Assembly (NCBI GenBank): GCA_963668675.2
Contig: CAXXMB010000002.1
Location: forward strand, 1,088,001-1,152,000
Direction of reading: 5' to 3'
DNA: 64,000 nucleotides
Source of the DNA: an uncultured Desulfatitalea sp.
Lineage (GTDB): Bacteria > Desulfobacterota > Desulfobacteria > Desulfobacterales > Desulfosarcinaceae
Shown: positions 30,031 through 38,554 of the stretch, one piece after another
How positions within the stretch are numbered: position 1 is the first letter of the stretch
How the letters are laid out: each line of letters opens with the position of its first letter
The notes under the pieces: generated by a model
The model's database searches: none
What the model saw: the letters and a program-made list of their open reading frames with translations, nothing else
Told to the model about the DNA's origin: nothing
Position numbers and translations under genes: made by a program

Positions 30031-32154
30031 TCATGCAGCTGTTTGGTTGGCCGCCCCATCTTCCGTCGAGGACTCATTCACCTTGCGGATGGAAACAAAA
30101 TGCTCTTGAAACGCCACCGCCCCGCCGGCCGGATCCCACAAATCCAATCCGCCCTGCATGAATTTGTTGTCCGCCAAGCCCTTTCCCCGGGCCCGGCTCT
30201 CCGCAGGACAGGTGTGACCGAACCCGTGGATCACAAAGACCGCTTCGGGATGAATCATGTCGGTCACCTTTGCCGTGATCGTCTCCGAATAGCCGTTCTG
30301 GGAGACGGCCACCCGATCTCCGTCTTCAATCCCCATTCCAGCCGCCGCCGTGGTATTGATCCACAGTACGTTTTCCGGCATCTGCTCGAACAGAAGCGGG
30401 TTGTTCACCGTATGCCCCTGTGTATGGGTGGCGCATCGGCCGAAGGTCAAACGAAATTCGCCTTGCGGTGGGCGCTCGAGTGCCTCATAGGGCATCAGCG
30501 AAGTGATGCCATGGGATTCCAGATGGCCGGAGACCATCTCGATTTTGCCGCTGGGGGTCTTGAAGGAGAGCTGGTCCCGATCCCGATAGACCGGCCCGTC
30601 ACTCAGGTAGACCATTCCGGTGGCTGCAAACGCATCGGGACTCACTCCGGTCTCTTCCAGCTGAAAACGCCAAATATCCTCAATGCTCTTGCAATCGAGT
30701 TGCGGTAGCCCAAGGCGGCGGGCCAGGCCGCCGACGATTTTCCAATCGGCCAGGGTGTCGTAACACGGCTCCACAGCGCGCTGGCGCGCGAAGAAGTAGG
30801 GTCGCAAGGCGTTTTTGCAGGCCAGCACGCACTCGCGCTCCAGGTAGGTTGACAAAGGCAGCACCACGTCTGCGAACCAGGCCGTATCCGACCAGCTGAA
30901 GGTGACCGCCACCAACAGATCCAGGCGGTCTAAAATTCGTTTGAGATGATCCGGATCGGGAAAACCCATCAGCGGATCGTGCCGGTAGGCGATGTAGGCC
31001 TTCACCGGGTATGGGTTGTCGGTTTCCATGGCCTTGAACATCAGGTGGGCCATCCCCGGCCCCTTGTCGAAATGGGTATAGCGCCAACCGACGCCGTCGG
31101 CACGTTTCTCCTCAGGTGCCGGAAACAGATCCATGAACTTTTTCAACCCGTTGCGGCCCACATCCCCGGGTTTATTAACCAGAGGCAACCCGCCTTTGGT
31201 GCCAAAGGCCCCCAACAGCGCATTGATCATATAGATGGACCGGCACACATAAAACGAGTGGCGGTAGCGCGCCGTCATCCAGCCGGGATGCCAGATCACC
31301 GCGGGCGCCGCATCGGCCAGCCGACGTACGAACTGGCGCAGGTGATCGGCCGCAATGCCTGTCTCGGTCTCGGCCCACTCAGGCGTGTAGGGTTCGATGA
31401 ATTGCGTCAGGTCGTCCACACCTTGGATATAACGGTCGGCATAGGCCACATCGTAGAGCCGCTCTTTGATCAGCACGTGGATGACGGCAAGGTTGAAGGC
31501 ATAATCGGTCCCCGGTCGTAGCATGAAAAAATCGTGGGCCTTGGTGGACGACACGTTGGCCCGGATATCGATCACGCTCAGCCGGCATCCCTTTTCCATG
31601 GCCGCCATCAAGGTATTGACCTCCTGGACGTCCACGGCTTCGAAAATGTTTCGCGTCTGCAAGACAACATGGCGCGCGTGGGCATAGTCGTAGACCACGC
31701 CTTTGCGGCCCAGCCCGGTCACGGACAAGTTGGCATGCTGCACGTTTCGCGCACAGGAGCCGTCGTGATTACAATAGTTGGGCGATCCCAGACCTCTCAA
31801 CAAGGCCCGGTGCATATCCCTAAAGGGGCCGCCCCGGTCGGTCATGGCAACGGTGCGGGCGCCGTGCTCGGCGATTACCACCTTGAGGCGATCGGCCACA
31901 AAATCGAAGGCTTCGTCCCAACTCACCTGACGCCAGCGCCCCTCGCCACGCTCCCCTTGACGAATCAGAGGGGCCTGGGGTCTTTCAGAATCCTCGACCA
32001 GGGCCCTGCCGGCGCTGCCGCGCGGGCACAAGCCGCCGGCCATGGCCGGCACATGGGGGTTACCCTGCAGAGAGACGATCCGACCATTCTCCACCCGAGC
32101 CATGATCGGACAACGCACCGTACACATGCCGCAAATCGTATAAACGTTTTCCAT
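30031..32154 (-). CDS. molybdopterin oxidoreductase catalytic subunit, thiosulfate/polysulfide reductase (PhsA/PsrA)-like, no Tat leader
   Basis: Start MENVYTICGMCTVRC (AGGAG RBS); 4Fe-4S CxxCxxxC...LCPRG; PNYCNHDGSC Cys-ligand region; ADVVLP, FKTPSGKIE. Confidence 0.88.
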   Translation of the reverse strand: MENVYTICGMCTVRCPIMARVENGRIVSLQGNPHVPAMAGGLCPRGSAGRALVEDSERPQAPLIRQGERGEGRWRQVSWDEAFDFVADRLKVVIAEHGARTVAMTDRGGPFRDMHRALLRGLGSPNYCNHDGSCARNVQHANLSVTGLGRKGVVYDYAHARHVVLQTRNIFEAVDVQEVNTLMAAMEKGCRLSVIDIRANVSSTKAHDFFMLRPGTDYAFNLAVIHVLIKERLYDVAYADRYIQGVDDLTQFIEPYTPEWAETETGIAADHLRQFVRRLADAAPAVIWHPGWMTARYRHSFYVCRSIYMINALLGAFGTKGGLPLVNKPGDVGRNGLKKFMDLFPAPEEKRADGVGWRYTHFDKGPGMAHLMFKAMETDNPYPVKAYIAYRHDPLMGFPDPDHLKRILDRLDLLVAVTFSWSDTAWFADVVLPLSTYLERECVLACKNALRPYFFARQRAVEPCYDTLADWKIVGGLARRLGLPQLDCKSIEDIWRFQLEETGVSPDAFAATGMVYLSDGPVYRDRDQLSFKTPSGKIEMVSGHLESHGITSLMPYEALERPPQGEFRLTFGRCATHTQGHTVNNPLLFEQMPENVLWINTTAAAGMGIEDGDRVAVSQNGYSETITAKVTDMIHPEAVFVIHGFGHTCPAESRARGKGLADNKFMQGGLDLWDPAGGAVAFQEHFVSIRKVNESSTEDGAANQTAA

Positions 32155-32174
32155 TTGCACTCCTGGCGCCCTTT

Positions 32175-32807
32175 TCAGGGGTTTAGATAAGGGGATGCCC
32201 CCTGACATGCCCGGCACAGCTCGCCGTGTTTCAGGGGATAAGACTCGCCGCAACAGGTGCACAGGGCCCTGGTACCCACCGATGATTTGGTCAAGTAGCG
32301 GGGATGAACACGGATCTTCTCCGTCTCCAGGATCTGCTCCCCGGCTTGCCGAATCTCGGCCAAAAGCCGCTGCGTGTCCTGTTCGGCCTTCTCCTTGCGT
32401 TTGAAAAACCAACAGTCGATCGCTTGCCACCGCGACACCTTGCGGGGATGGAGGAAAACCCGAACCCCCTGGCCGCTCTGCTTGTCGTAGAGCGCCAGGG
32501 CATAACGCCCCAGATCAAACACCTTGAGCCACCCATTGCCGACCGTGCAGGGAGTGAGCATCTGTAAGGCGTCGGGCAGGCAGTTGCCCGTCTCGGCAAT
32601 GGCATCGAAAAGGCACCCGTCGGGCACCGCCCTCAGGCCAAGATCAACCATCTTGCCGGCGATAACCAATCCGGGTGCAGGATACCCGTGAAAAACAGTG
32701 ATCCTTTCGAGAAAGTCGTCGAAGCTGCAAGATAGGCCTTTGGCGTCCCGGCACCACCTCTGGGAAGAGAAGTCAACCGGTACGGTCTGTATGGAATTAA
32801 GAGTCAT
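32175..32807 (-). CDS. FmdE (formylmethanofuran dehydrogenase subunit E) family protein
   Basis: FHGYPAPG, CLPDALQMLTPCTVGNG, C-terminal CTCCGE...CRAC zinc finger. Confidence 0.88.
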   Translation of the reverse strand: MTLNSIQTVPVDFSSQRWCRDAKGLSCSFDDFLERITVFHGYPAPGLVIAGKMVDLGLRAVPDGCLFDAIAETGNCLPDALQMLTPCTVGNGWLKVFDLGRYALALYDKQSGQGVRVFLHPRKVSRWQAIDCWFFKRKEKAEQDTQRLLAEIRQAGEQILETEKIRVHPRYLTKSSVGTRALCTCCGESYPLKHGELCRACQGASPYLNP

Positions 32808-32887
32808 TTTTTGTCATTCTATATCTATACTTAAAATTATTTACCTCAAAAAATAACGAAAGTTCCTGATACCATACCGAGAAGTAT

Positions 32888-32905
32888 TATGTCAATTTTG
32901 ATATA
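32888..32905. promoter_or_regulatory. palindromic operator, copy 2
   Basis: TATGTCAATTTTGATATA, 16/18 match to the perfect palindrome at 52649; overlaps a minus-strand TTGACA. Confidence 0.65.
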
Positions 32906-33028
32906 AGACCTCGTTCAATTATCTTTTTGACGAGTGCCGCTGGGTGATTAGATTGGCACCGAGTGTGTTTAAGCGCTTAGCCGTTTAATTTAATTGTCAA
33001 ACAAGGTGCGGTGTAAAAGGGGGAACAA

Positions 33029-33901
33029 ATGGGAAAACTGGTCAAGGAGGGATTTGAAAAAGGGAGACTCCACATCGATTCGCCGTTGATGGGCGAATCA
33101 TTGGTAAGCAAGAAACTGCTCGAACAGACCGAGTCCGAAACATACTTCCGGATGCATCCCGACATCAACGTGATCAAGATCGGCGGTCAAAGCATCATGG
33201 ACCGAGGCGGTAAAGCACTGTTGCCCATCCTCGACGCCCTGATCGAGGCCAAAGACGAACACAAGATACTGCTGATGACCGGCGGCGGCACCCGCGCACG
33301 GCACGTTTACAACATCGGGGTGGACCTCGGCATGCCCACCGGCGTGCTCTCCAAACTGGGTGACAAGGTCTCCTGGCAGAACGCGGAGATGTTGTCGGTG
33401 CTGCTGGCCAAACACGGCGGTGTAAAGATCGGTCACGGCGACAACCTGGAGCAGTTGACCATGTTCTGCCGGCTGGGTTACATGCCGATCACCTATGGCA
33501 TCCCACCCTACGGCTTCTTCGAACACCCGGCCGAACACGGCTCAATCCCGCCGCACCGGACCGATTGCGGCGCATTCCTTCTGGCAGAGAATATCGGCGC
33601 CCGCTCCCTGATTTTCCTCAAGGACGAGAGGGGGCTGTTCGACAGGGACCCCAAAAAAGTGCCCGAAGCCGAGCGAGAAAAACTGCCTTTCTTCGACCGT
33701 ATCTCGGCCCGCGAACTGATCGATCTGGACCTGGACGACCTTATCGTCGAGCGCCCGTTGCTGGCGCTCCTGCAGCGGGCCAAGTGCCTGAAAGAGTTTC
33801 AGATCATCGACGCGTTAAGGCACCCCGAGCATATACAGGCGGCCTTGAAAGGCGAACATGTCGGCACGATCATATACAAGGATGAAGGGGCGAATAAGTA
33901 G
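33029..33901 (+). CDS. molybdenum storage protein (MoSto/MosAB)-like, amino-acid-kinase fold
   Basis: VIKIGGQSIMDRG, TGGGTRARH, QNAEML, PPYGFFEHP...IPPHRTDCGAFLLAE, KDERGL..DP. Confidence 0.82.
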   Translation: MGKLVKEGFEKGRLHIDSPLMGESLVSKKLLEQTESETYFRMHPDINVIKIGGQSIMDRGGKALLPILDALIEAKDEHKILLMTGGGTRARHVYNIGVDLGMPTGVLSKLGDKVSWQNAEMLSVLLAKHGGVKIGHGDNLEQLTMFCRLGYMPITYGIPPYGFFEHPAEHGSIPPHRTDCGAFLLAENIGARSLIFLKDERGLFDRDPKKVPEAEREKLPFFDRISARELIDLDLDDLIVERPLLALLQRAKCLKEFQIIDALRHPEHIQAALKGEHVGTIIYKDEGANK

Positions 33902-33970
33902 GCGTAGCGCAAACAGGCTCTCCGAAGCAGACCAACGGGAATAACAGGTCATGGGGTTGCGAATGGGCGG

Positions 33971-34189
33971 TCAGGCCTCTTGGCCGCCGCCCGTCTTATC
34001 ACCTTTGCCGGCCTCCAGGTAAACCACCTCAGCTCCGGTTTCGGCACTGATCTGGTCCAACTCTTTCTTTCGCATGTGCTTTACATACACCTTGACGTCC
34101 GAACCACCGACACCGACCACACGAAACCTCGGTTTCTTCTCGCCTTTCTCGATTTTCCGACGTTCGCGGACAAATATTTTTGTTGCCAT
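33971..34189 (-). CDS. small basic hypothetical protein
   Basis: GAGGAGG RBS; 72-aa ORF MATKIFVRERRK...; divergent from the PadR gene. Confidence 0.75.
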   Translation of the reverse strand: MATKIFVRERRKIEKGEKKPRFRVVGVGGSDVKVYVKHMRKKELDQISAETGAEVVYLEAGKGDKTGGGQEA

Positions 34190-34263
34190 GGCGACCACGC
34201 CTCCTCTAATATAGTTGCGTTTGGTTTATATAACTTTTTAACATATATATCCTTGAAGGATCT

Positions 34264-34641
34264 ATGTCAAGCAAGACAACCCACAAACGCCGTCCGGGGT
34301 CGAAAAAAGCCGAACGCTATATACAGCCTTCGATCCTGTTGGCTTTGAAAAAGAGGCCCTCCTATGGTTATGAACTGATTCAGGGGATCTCCCGCTTCGG
34401 CTTTGTCGAGGGAGAGGCGCCGCCCGGCATGATCTATCGCCATCTAAGGGAACTCGAAGAGAACGGGCTGGTATCTTCCCAGTGGCAAACCGACGGCAGT
34501 GGCCCTGCCAAGCGGGTCTACCAACTCACACCGGAAGGAATAGAGGTGTTGGCGTTCTGGATCGGCTACATGCAGAACCAGGCGGATAAGCTCTTGCGGT
34601 TTGTGGCGATGTCTCGTCAGATCACCGAAGAGAAGGAGTGA
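34264..34641 (+). CDS. PadR family transcriptional regulator
   Basis: ILLAL...SYGYEL, GMIYRHLRELEENGLV, GPAKRVYQLTPEG. Confidence 0.92.
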   Translation: MSSKTTHKRRPGSKKAERYIQPSILLALKKRPSYGYELIQGISRFGFVEGEAPPGMIYRHLRELEENGLVSSQWQTDGSGPAKRVYQLTPEGIEVLAFWIGYMQNQADKLLRFVAMSRQITEEKE

Positions 34642-34662
34642 CGCTCAGACCATAACGGCAGC

Positions 34663-35397
34663 CTATGCTGCTGACTGAGCCGGCTTTTTGCGCTTATGGT
34701 AGATGTTCTCCCACACCGCCGGCGCTTTGGGTTGGACCAGCAGCACCGGCCGATGCCCCATCAGGCGAGGGCGTAGCCATCCGTTGGTGATGACGGTGTC
34801 ACCAGGTGCCGGGATCCTCGTGTCCCGATCGGTCGACACAACCTCCACACCGCCGCTCCTGATCTCGGAAACGGTCGTCTGCCCGGGCCAATCGCGCAGC
34901 CGGTCCAACTCGATATATCGTCCTGACCACCCGGACATGGTCAACCCCACCGCCGCCACAGCCCCGATGATGCCGTCATTGGTCCCACCATGACCGGAGA
35001 GGTGCACCTTCCCGGCAACCTGTAGCGCCTCTCGCTGGCTCGATACGGCATGGGTGCAGTAGTGGCCATAAGCAACGATCTCATCCAGGGACGAATCGCG
35101 CTCCGTTACGACACACAATCCGGGATCGCTCCCCGGAATGGCGTAGGTGTCGATATGGGAAGCAGCGCTTTCAATCGATCTGTCGAGCAGCGCCCCATCC
35201 ACCATCTCCACGATCATACAGGCCGAACTGTTGTGAGATGTATAAGGGATGTCATCGCTCAGGAAAAGCTGTTGGCGCACAACCCCCACACATTCACATC
35301 CCCCGGGAAGCGCCTTTTGAAACCACCGGACCAGTTTCCCCGTCCCGTAAGGTGAATCGTGGTGGTCCGTATCATCAAATCCGAAATAGACTTTCAT
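34663..35397 (-). CDS. TiaS (agmatidine synthetase) N-terminal-domain-like protein
   Basis: MKVYFGFDDTD...GT, IPYTSHNSSAC, SDPGL, GIIGAVAAVG; lacks the OB/Zn-ribbon tRNA-binding C-terminus. Confidence 0.7.
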   Translation of the reverse strand: MKVYFGFDDTDHHDSPYGTGKLVRWFQKALPGGCECVGVVRQQLFLSDDIPYTSHNSSACMIVEMVDGALLDRSIESAASHIDTYAIPGSDPGLCVVTERDSSLDEIVAYGHYCTHAVSSQREALQVAGKVHLSGHGGTNDGIIGAVAAVGLTMSGWSGRYIELDRLRDWPGQTTVSEIRSGGVEVVSTDRDTRIPAPGDTVITNGWLRPRLMGHRPVLLVQPKAPAVWENIYHKRKKPAQSAA

Positions 35398-35641
35398 GTT
35401 CCCTATCCGTGGCTGATCAATTCGTGTAGAAGTCCCAGCGTTTCGCAAGAACCAGCTTAAAAAGCACAACTGCGATGCACCCCTAATGAAAAGCATCGAC
35501 TATTGTCAACACCATTTTAACCGCAACCTTCGGCCTTGCTCTTCGGACGGTTTAAACGTATATCCATCATACTGGAAAACATATCATTTGGTTTCGCATC
35601 CAAACCGGCCCATCTCCCAACTATCGAAGACGAAGGGGACA

Positions 35642-36841
35642 ATGACTTCACACTTCAAATTCGACCGCAATGAATTGGCCGGGTCCCTGGGAGACCTCGG
35701 CACCCTGCTGCCCATCGCCATCGCCATGGTGCTGCTCAACGGCCTCGATCCATTGGGGCTCTTTCTGAGCATCGGCCTGTTCTATATCCTCTCGGGCATC
35801 TATTTCGGTGTAACCGCACCCGTTCAGCCGATGAAAGTCATCGGCGCCTATGCCATCGCCACCGCCATGGCCCCTTCCGAAATCCTCGCCTCCACGCTTC
35901 TCATGGGAGTTCTTCTTCTGATAATCGGACTAACAGGCGCCATAGAGCTCATTCGCAAATACACACCCAAGGCGGTCATCCGCGGCGTACAGCTCTCCAC
36001 CGGCGCCCTGCTGATCGCAGGCGGCATAAAGTTCCTCATCGGAACATCGAAATTCCAGGAGCTGCAGCAGGCAGCCGAACCCTACCTCACCGTTCAGGCA
36101 CTGGGCCCCATTCCGGTGGGCATCATCATCGGGGTGATCGGCGGCATAGCAACCCTTTTGCTACTCGACAACAAAAAATTCCCCGCGGGTCTGATCGTTG
36201 TTCTCGGCGGGGTGATCACCGGACTGCTGCTCGGCGCCCGGATCGATTTAGGGCCGGGCGTCATCGGATTCAACCTGCCTGAGATTTTCCCCCTGCCCCT
36301 TCCAAAAAGGGCCGACTTCACCTTTGCCCTCTTCGCTCTCGTGCTGCCCCAACTCCCGATGACCCTGGGCAATGCCGTCCTGGCCTATACGGATCTCTCC
36401 AAAACCTACTTCGGCGGCCAATCCTCAAAGGTGTCCAATCGAAAGGTCTGCGTCAGCATGGCCCTTGCCAATTTCCTCAGTTTCTGTCTGGGAGGCATGC
36501 CCCTTTGCCACGGCGCGGGAGGGCTGGCGGCCCACTATCGGTTCGGCGCGCGCACGGCCGGCTCCAACGTGATGATCGGCGCCATCTTTGCGGCCCTGGC
36601 CTTGCTGCTGGGCGACCATATCATCAACCTCTTCAACCTGCTGCCCATGTCGATCCTGGGCATCCTGTTGATCTTCGCAGGCTCGCAGCTGGCCATGACG
36701 ATCATGGATTTGGAAGGCAGGAAAGAGTACTTCGTCGTGACACTGATGCTCGGCATCACCCTGGCGTCCAACCTGGCCGCCGGCTTTGTCATCGGCATCG
36801 TTGTCGCACATCTGTTAAGATGGAAACGGTTGTCTGTTTAG
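35642..36841 (+). CDS. MOT1-family molybdate/sulfate transporter
   Basis: ELAGSLGDLGT, PVQPMK, PQLPMTLGNA, GGMPLCHGAGGLAAHYRFGART; start ATG 35642 after an AAGGGG RBS. Confidence 0.9.
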   Translation: MTSHFKFDRNELAGSLGDLGTLLPIAIAMVLLNGLDPLGLFLSIGLFYILSGIYFGVTAPVQPMKVIGAYAIATAMAPSEILASTLLMGVLLLIIGLTGAIELIRKYTPKAVIRGVQLSTGALLIAGGIKFLIGTSKFQELQQAAEPYLTVQALGPIPVGIIIGVIGGIATLLLLDNKKFPAGLIVVLGGVITGLLLGARIDLGPGVIGFNLPEIFPLPLPKRADFTFALFALVLPQLPMTLGNAVLAYTDLSKTYFGGQSSKVSNRKVCVSMALANFLSFCLGGMPLCHGAGGLAAHYRFGARTAGSNVMIGAIFAALALLLGDHIINLFNLLPMSILGILLIFAGSQLAMTIMDLEGRKEYFVVTLMLGITLASNLAAGFVIGIVVAHLLRWKRLSV

Positions 36842-36881
36842 CCGCAATGCCACTTACAACAACGAATATGAGAGCGTTTTC

Positions 36882-37328
36882 TCACTTTCGTTCATGTTTG
36901 GCTGCAACCAACGCTTCACAGATTTCCATATCTTTTGTGTAAATAAGATTCTTAGCCAGCGCACTGACACCACTAACATTCCGACAGTATATATAGCCTG
37001 CATTTTCCGCTCGATATTGAAGCCAGAAAGACGCTAAAAAACCAGCTGATAAAAGAGCGGCGACAAAAAAAACAAGGCCTAAATTAACTATTTTATGAAC
37101 TTTTTTGCTTAGTGGCGGAAACAAATTTTCTATATACACAAGAAGATGAATGAGCGGCAATCCAATACAAACGATAAAAAAGCCCGCCCTACTATTAAAT
37201 TCTACAATTTCGGCTTGTTTGGAAATATTTGTCAGGGCCATATTGAATCCTTGATGTCCCAGCCAAAGCAGCCCTAAGAAAAATATATCTCCTACCAAAA
37301 AAATTGCGTGAGAAAGCTTTCTATTCAT
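36882..37328 (-). CDS. AT-rich membrane protein, DUF1240-like (putative toxin immunity protein)
   Basis: Three hydrophobic segments then GYIYC...S...IYTK...C; base composition clearly more AT-rich than flanks. Confidence 0.6.
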   Translation of the reverse strand: MNRKLSHAIFLVGDIFFLGLLWLGHQGFNMALTNISKQAEIVEFNSRAGFFIVCIGLPLIHLLVYIENLFPPLSKKVHKIVNLGLVFFVAALLSAGFLASFWLQYRAENAGYIYCRNVSGVSALAKNLIYTKDMEICEALVAAKHERK

Positions 37329-37374
37329 TTGTTCATTTCTCTTAACTGATTTTCATCAGTTCTGATAGTAACAA

Positions 37375-37760
37375 TTACCGGTGCAATGGCGCACGCAATC
37401 CACCTGATTTCAGGATATAATAAAACCCTTCATATAGTGACCGCTGAGTATTATAAAGTGCTTGTCCTGCAGCGTTTTCTACTTGATCACTCAAATCTTC
37501 TAGTACTGCGGCACAGTAATACAAAGGGTAATCAGGCCACCGTTTCTGACCATCCTTCTGATCCCCAGCGCACCGATGGCCATATTGATGATTTTTTGGT
37601 TCCGAAGCGAATAGAGGGTCCCCGGCAGTTGAGTACGCAGACCTGGATAACCAGAAAATGCAATGTATTGCCGGTTGTTGATCACCTTGGGAATGGCTGT
37701 GCCGGTCATTCCCAGGTCTTTGCAGACCAACGCAAGCGTTGCCATATCCGTTATGGGTGA
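37375..37760 (-). pseudogene. remnant of a Tme-like membrane-disrupting toxin domain (internal deletion/frameshift)
   Basis: One frame gives KDLG..G...K.IN..QYIAFSGYPGLRTQLPGTLY...NQKIINMAIG; near 37510 a second frame gives LEDLSDQ...LHR-stop just upstream of the DUF1240-like gene. Confidence 0.5.
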
Positions 37761-37888
37761 CGGCCATGGCGCGAGGTTTCTTTTGGCGAAGGTGACCGCC
37801 TCCAGCGCGTCGAGATCGGGGACCGAAATTTCCCAGCGCGCGCCGTGGCCGTGGCAATCAATGGTTGAATATCCGCTTGCCGGCTTCA

Positions 37889-37918
37889 CTTTAAACTTTC
37901 CACCTTCTACTTTAAACT
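37889..37918. repeat. degenerate 7-bp tandem repeat
   Basis: CTTTAAA CTTTCCA CCTTCTA CTTTAAA CT. Confidence 0.6.
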
Positions 37919-38554
37919 CCCGGAGAAGCCGGAAAGAACATTCATCGCCTGCACCCGGATACCGGCTGCATCCATGCGGATCACGTTCAACGCCGCATAG
38001 TCCTGCCCGATGCGGAAGAGATGATGGATGGGCATGCCGAGCAGATGACAGAGCAGCACCCGGTTGACCCCGGCATGTCCAACGATCAGTATGCTGCCGT
38101 TATGCTCGGCCACGACCTTTTCAAAATGAGGCACGACCCTTGCCTGAAGATCGCCGAACGACTCGCCCGACGGCGGCCGGAAACCACCCGGATCGCGGCC
38201 CCGCAACTTATAATCCTGGTATTGTGCGCCGCGAACCGTCTCGAAAAGAAGCCCCTCCCAGGCGCCCAGATCCACCTCACGCAATTGCACCATGGGCGTG
38301 ACATCCAAAGCGTGCCCCCTGGCAACGATACGCGCCGTCTGCTCCGAACGCTGCAGATCACTGCAAAACACAGACGCCAAATCGACGGCATCGAAGAAGA
38401 CCTGCCACTGCTCGGCCTGACGGATCCCAGCAGGGCTCAAGGGCAGATCGGTCTGGCCAATGTAGCGCCGACCTCCCGACTCATGGAGAAGTTCCCCGTG
38501 GCGCAGCAGATAGATGGTCAGGTGGTCCGACCTCTTCTTCTCCTTCTCACCCAT
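37907..38554 (-). CDS. histidine phosphatase family protein (CobC/GpmB-like)
   Basis: LLRHGE, SDLQRS, LREVDLGAWEG, GES, VGHAG; start MGEKEK. Confidence 0.92.
   Translation of the reverse strand: MGEKEKKRSDHLTIYLLRHGELLHESGGRRYIGQTDLPLSPAGIRQAEQWQVFFDAVDLASVFCSDLQRSEQTARIVARGHALDVTPMVQLREVDLGAWEGLLFETVRGAQYQDYKLRGRDPGGFRPPSGESFGDLQARVVPHFEKVVAEHNGSILIVGHAGVNRVLLCHLLGMPIHHLFRIGQDYAALNVIRMDAAGIRVQAMNVLSGFSGSLK

Noticed and set aside
27218..30034. fdhA as a pseudogene or two genes
   Set aside because: The interrupting TGA is in frame at the Sec ligand position and is followed by a SECIS-like hairpin
32155..32430. Possible Tat leader on the PsrA-like protein
   Set aside because: The extension overlaps fmdE, has no RRxFLK or hydrophobic core, and an AGGAG RBS precedes ATG 32154
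32953..32968. Sigma54 promoter TGGCAC before the MoSto-like gene
   Set aside because: The -12 element reads GTGT rather than TTGC
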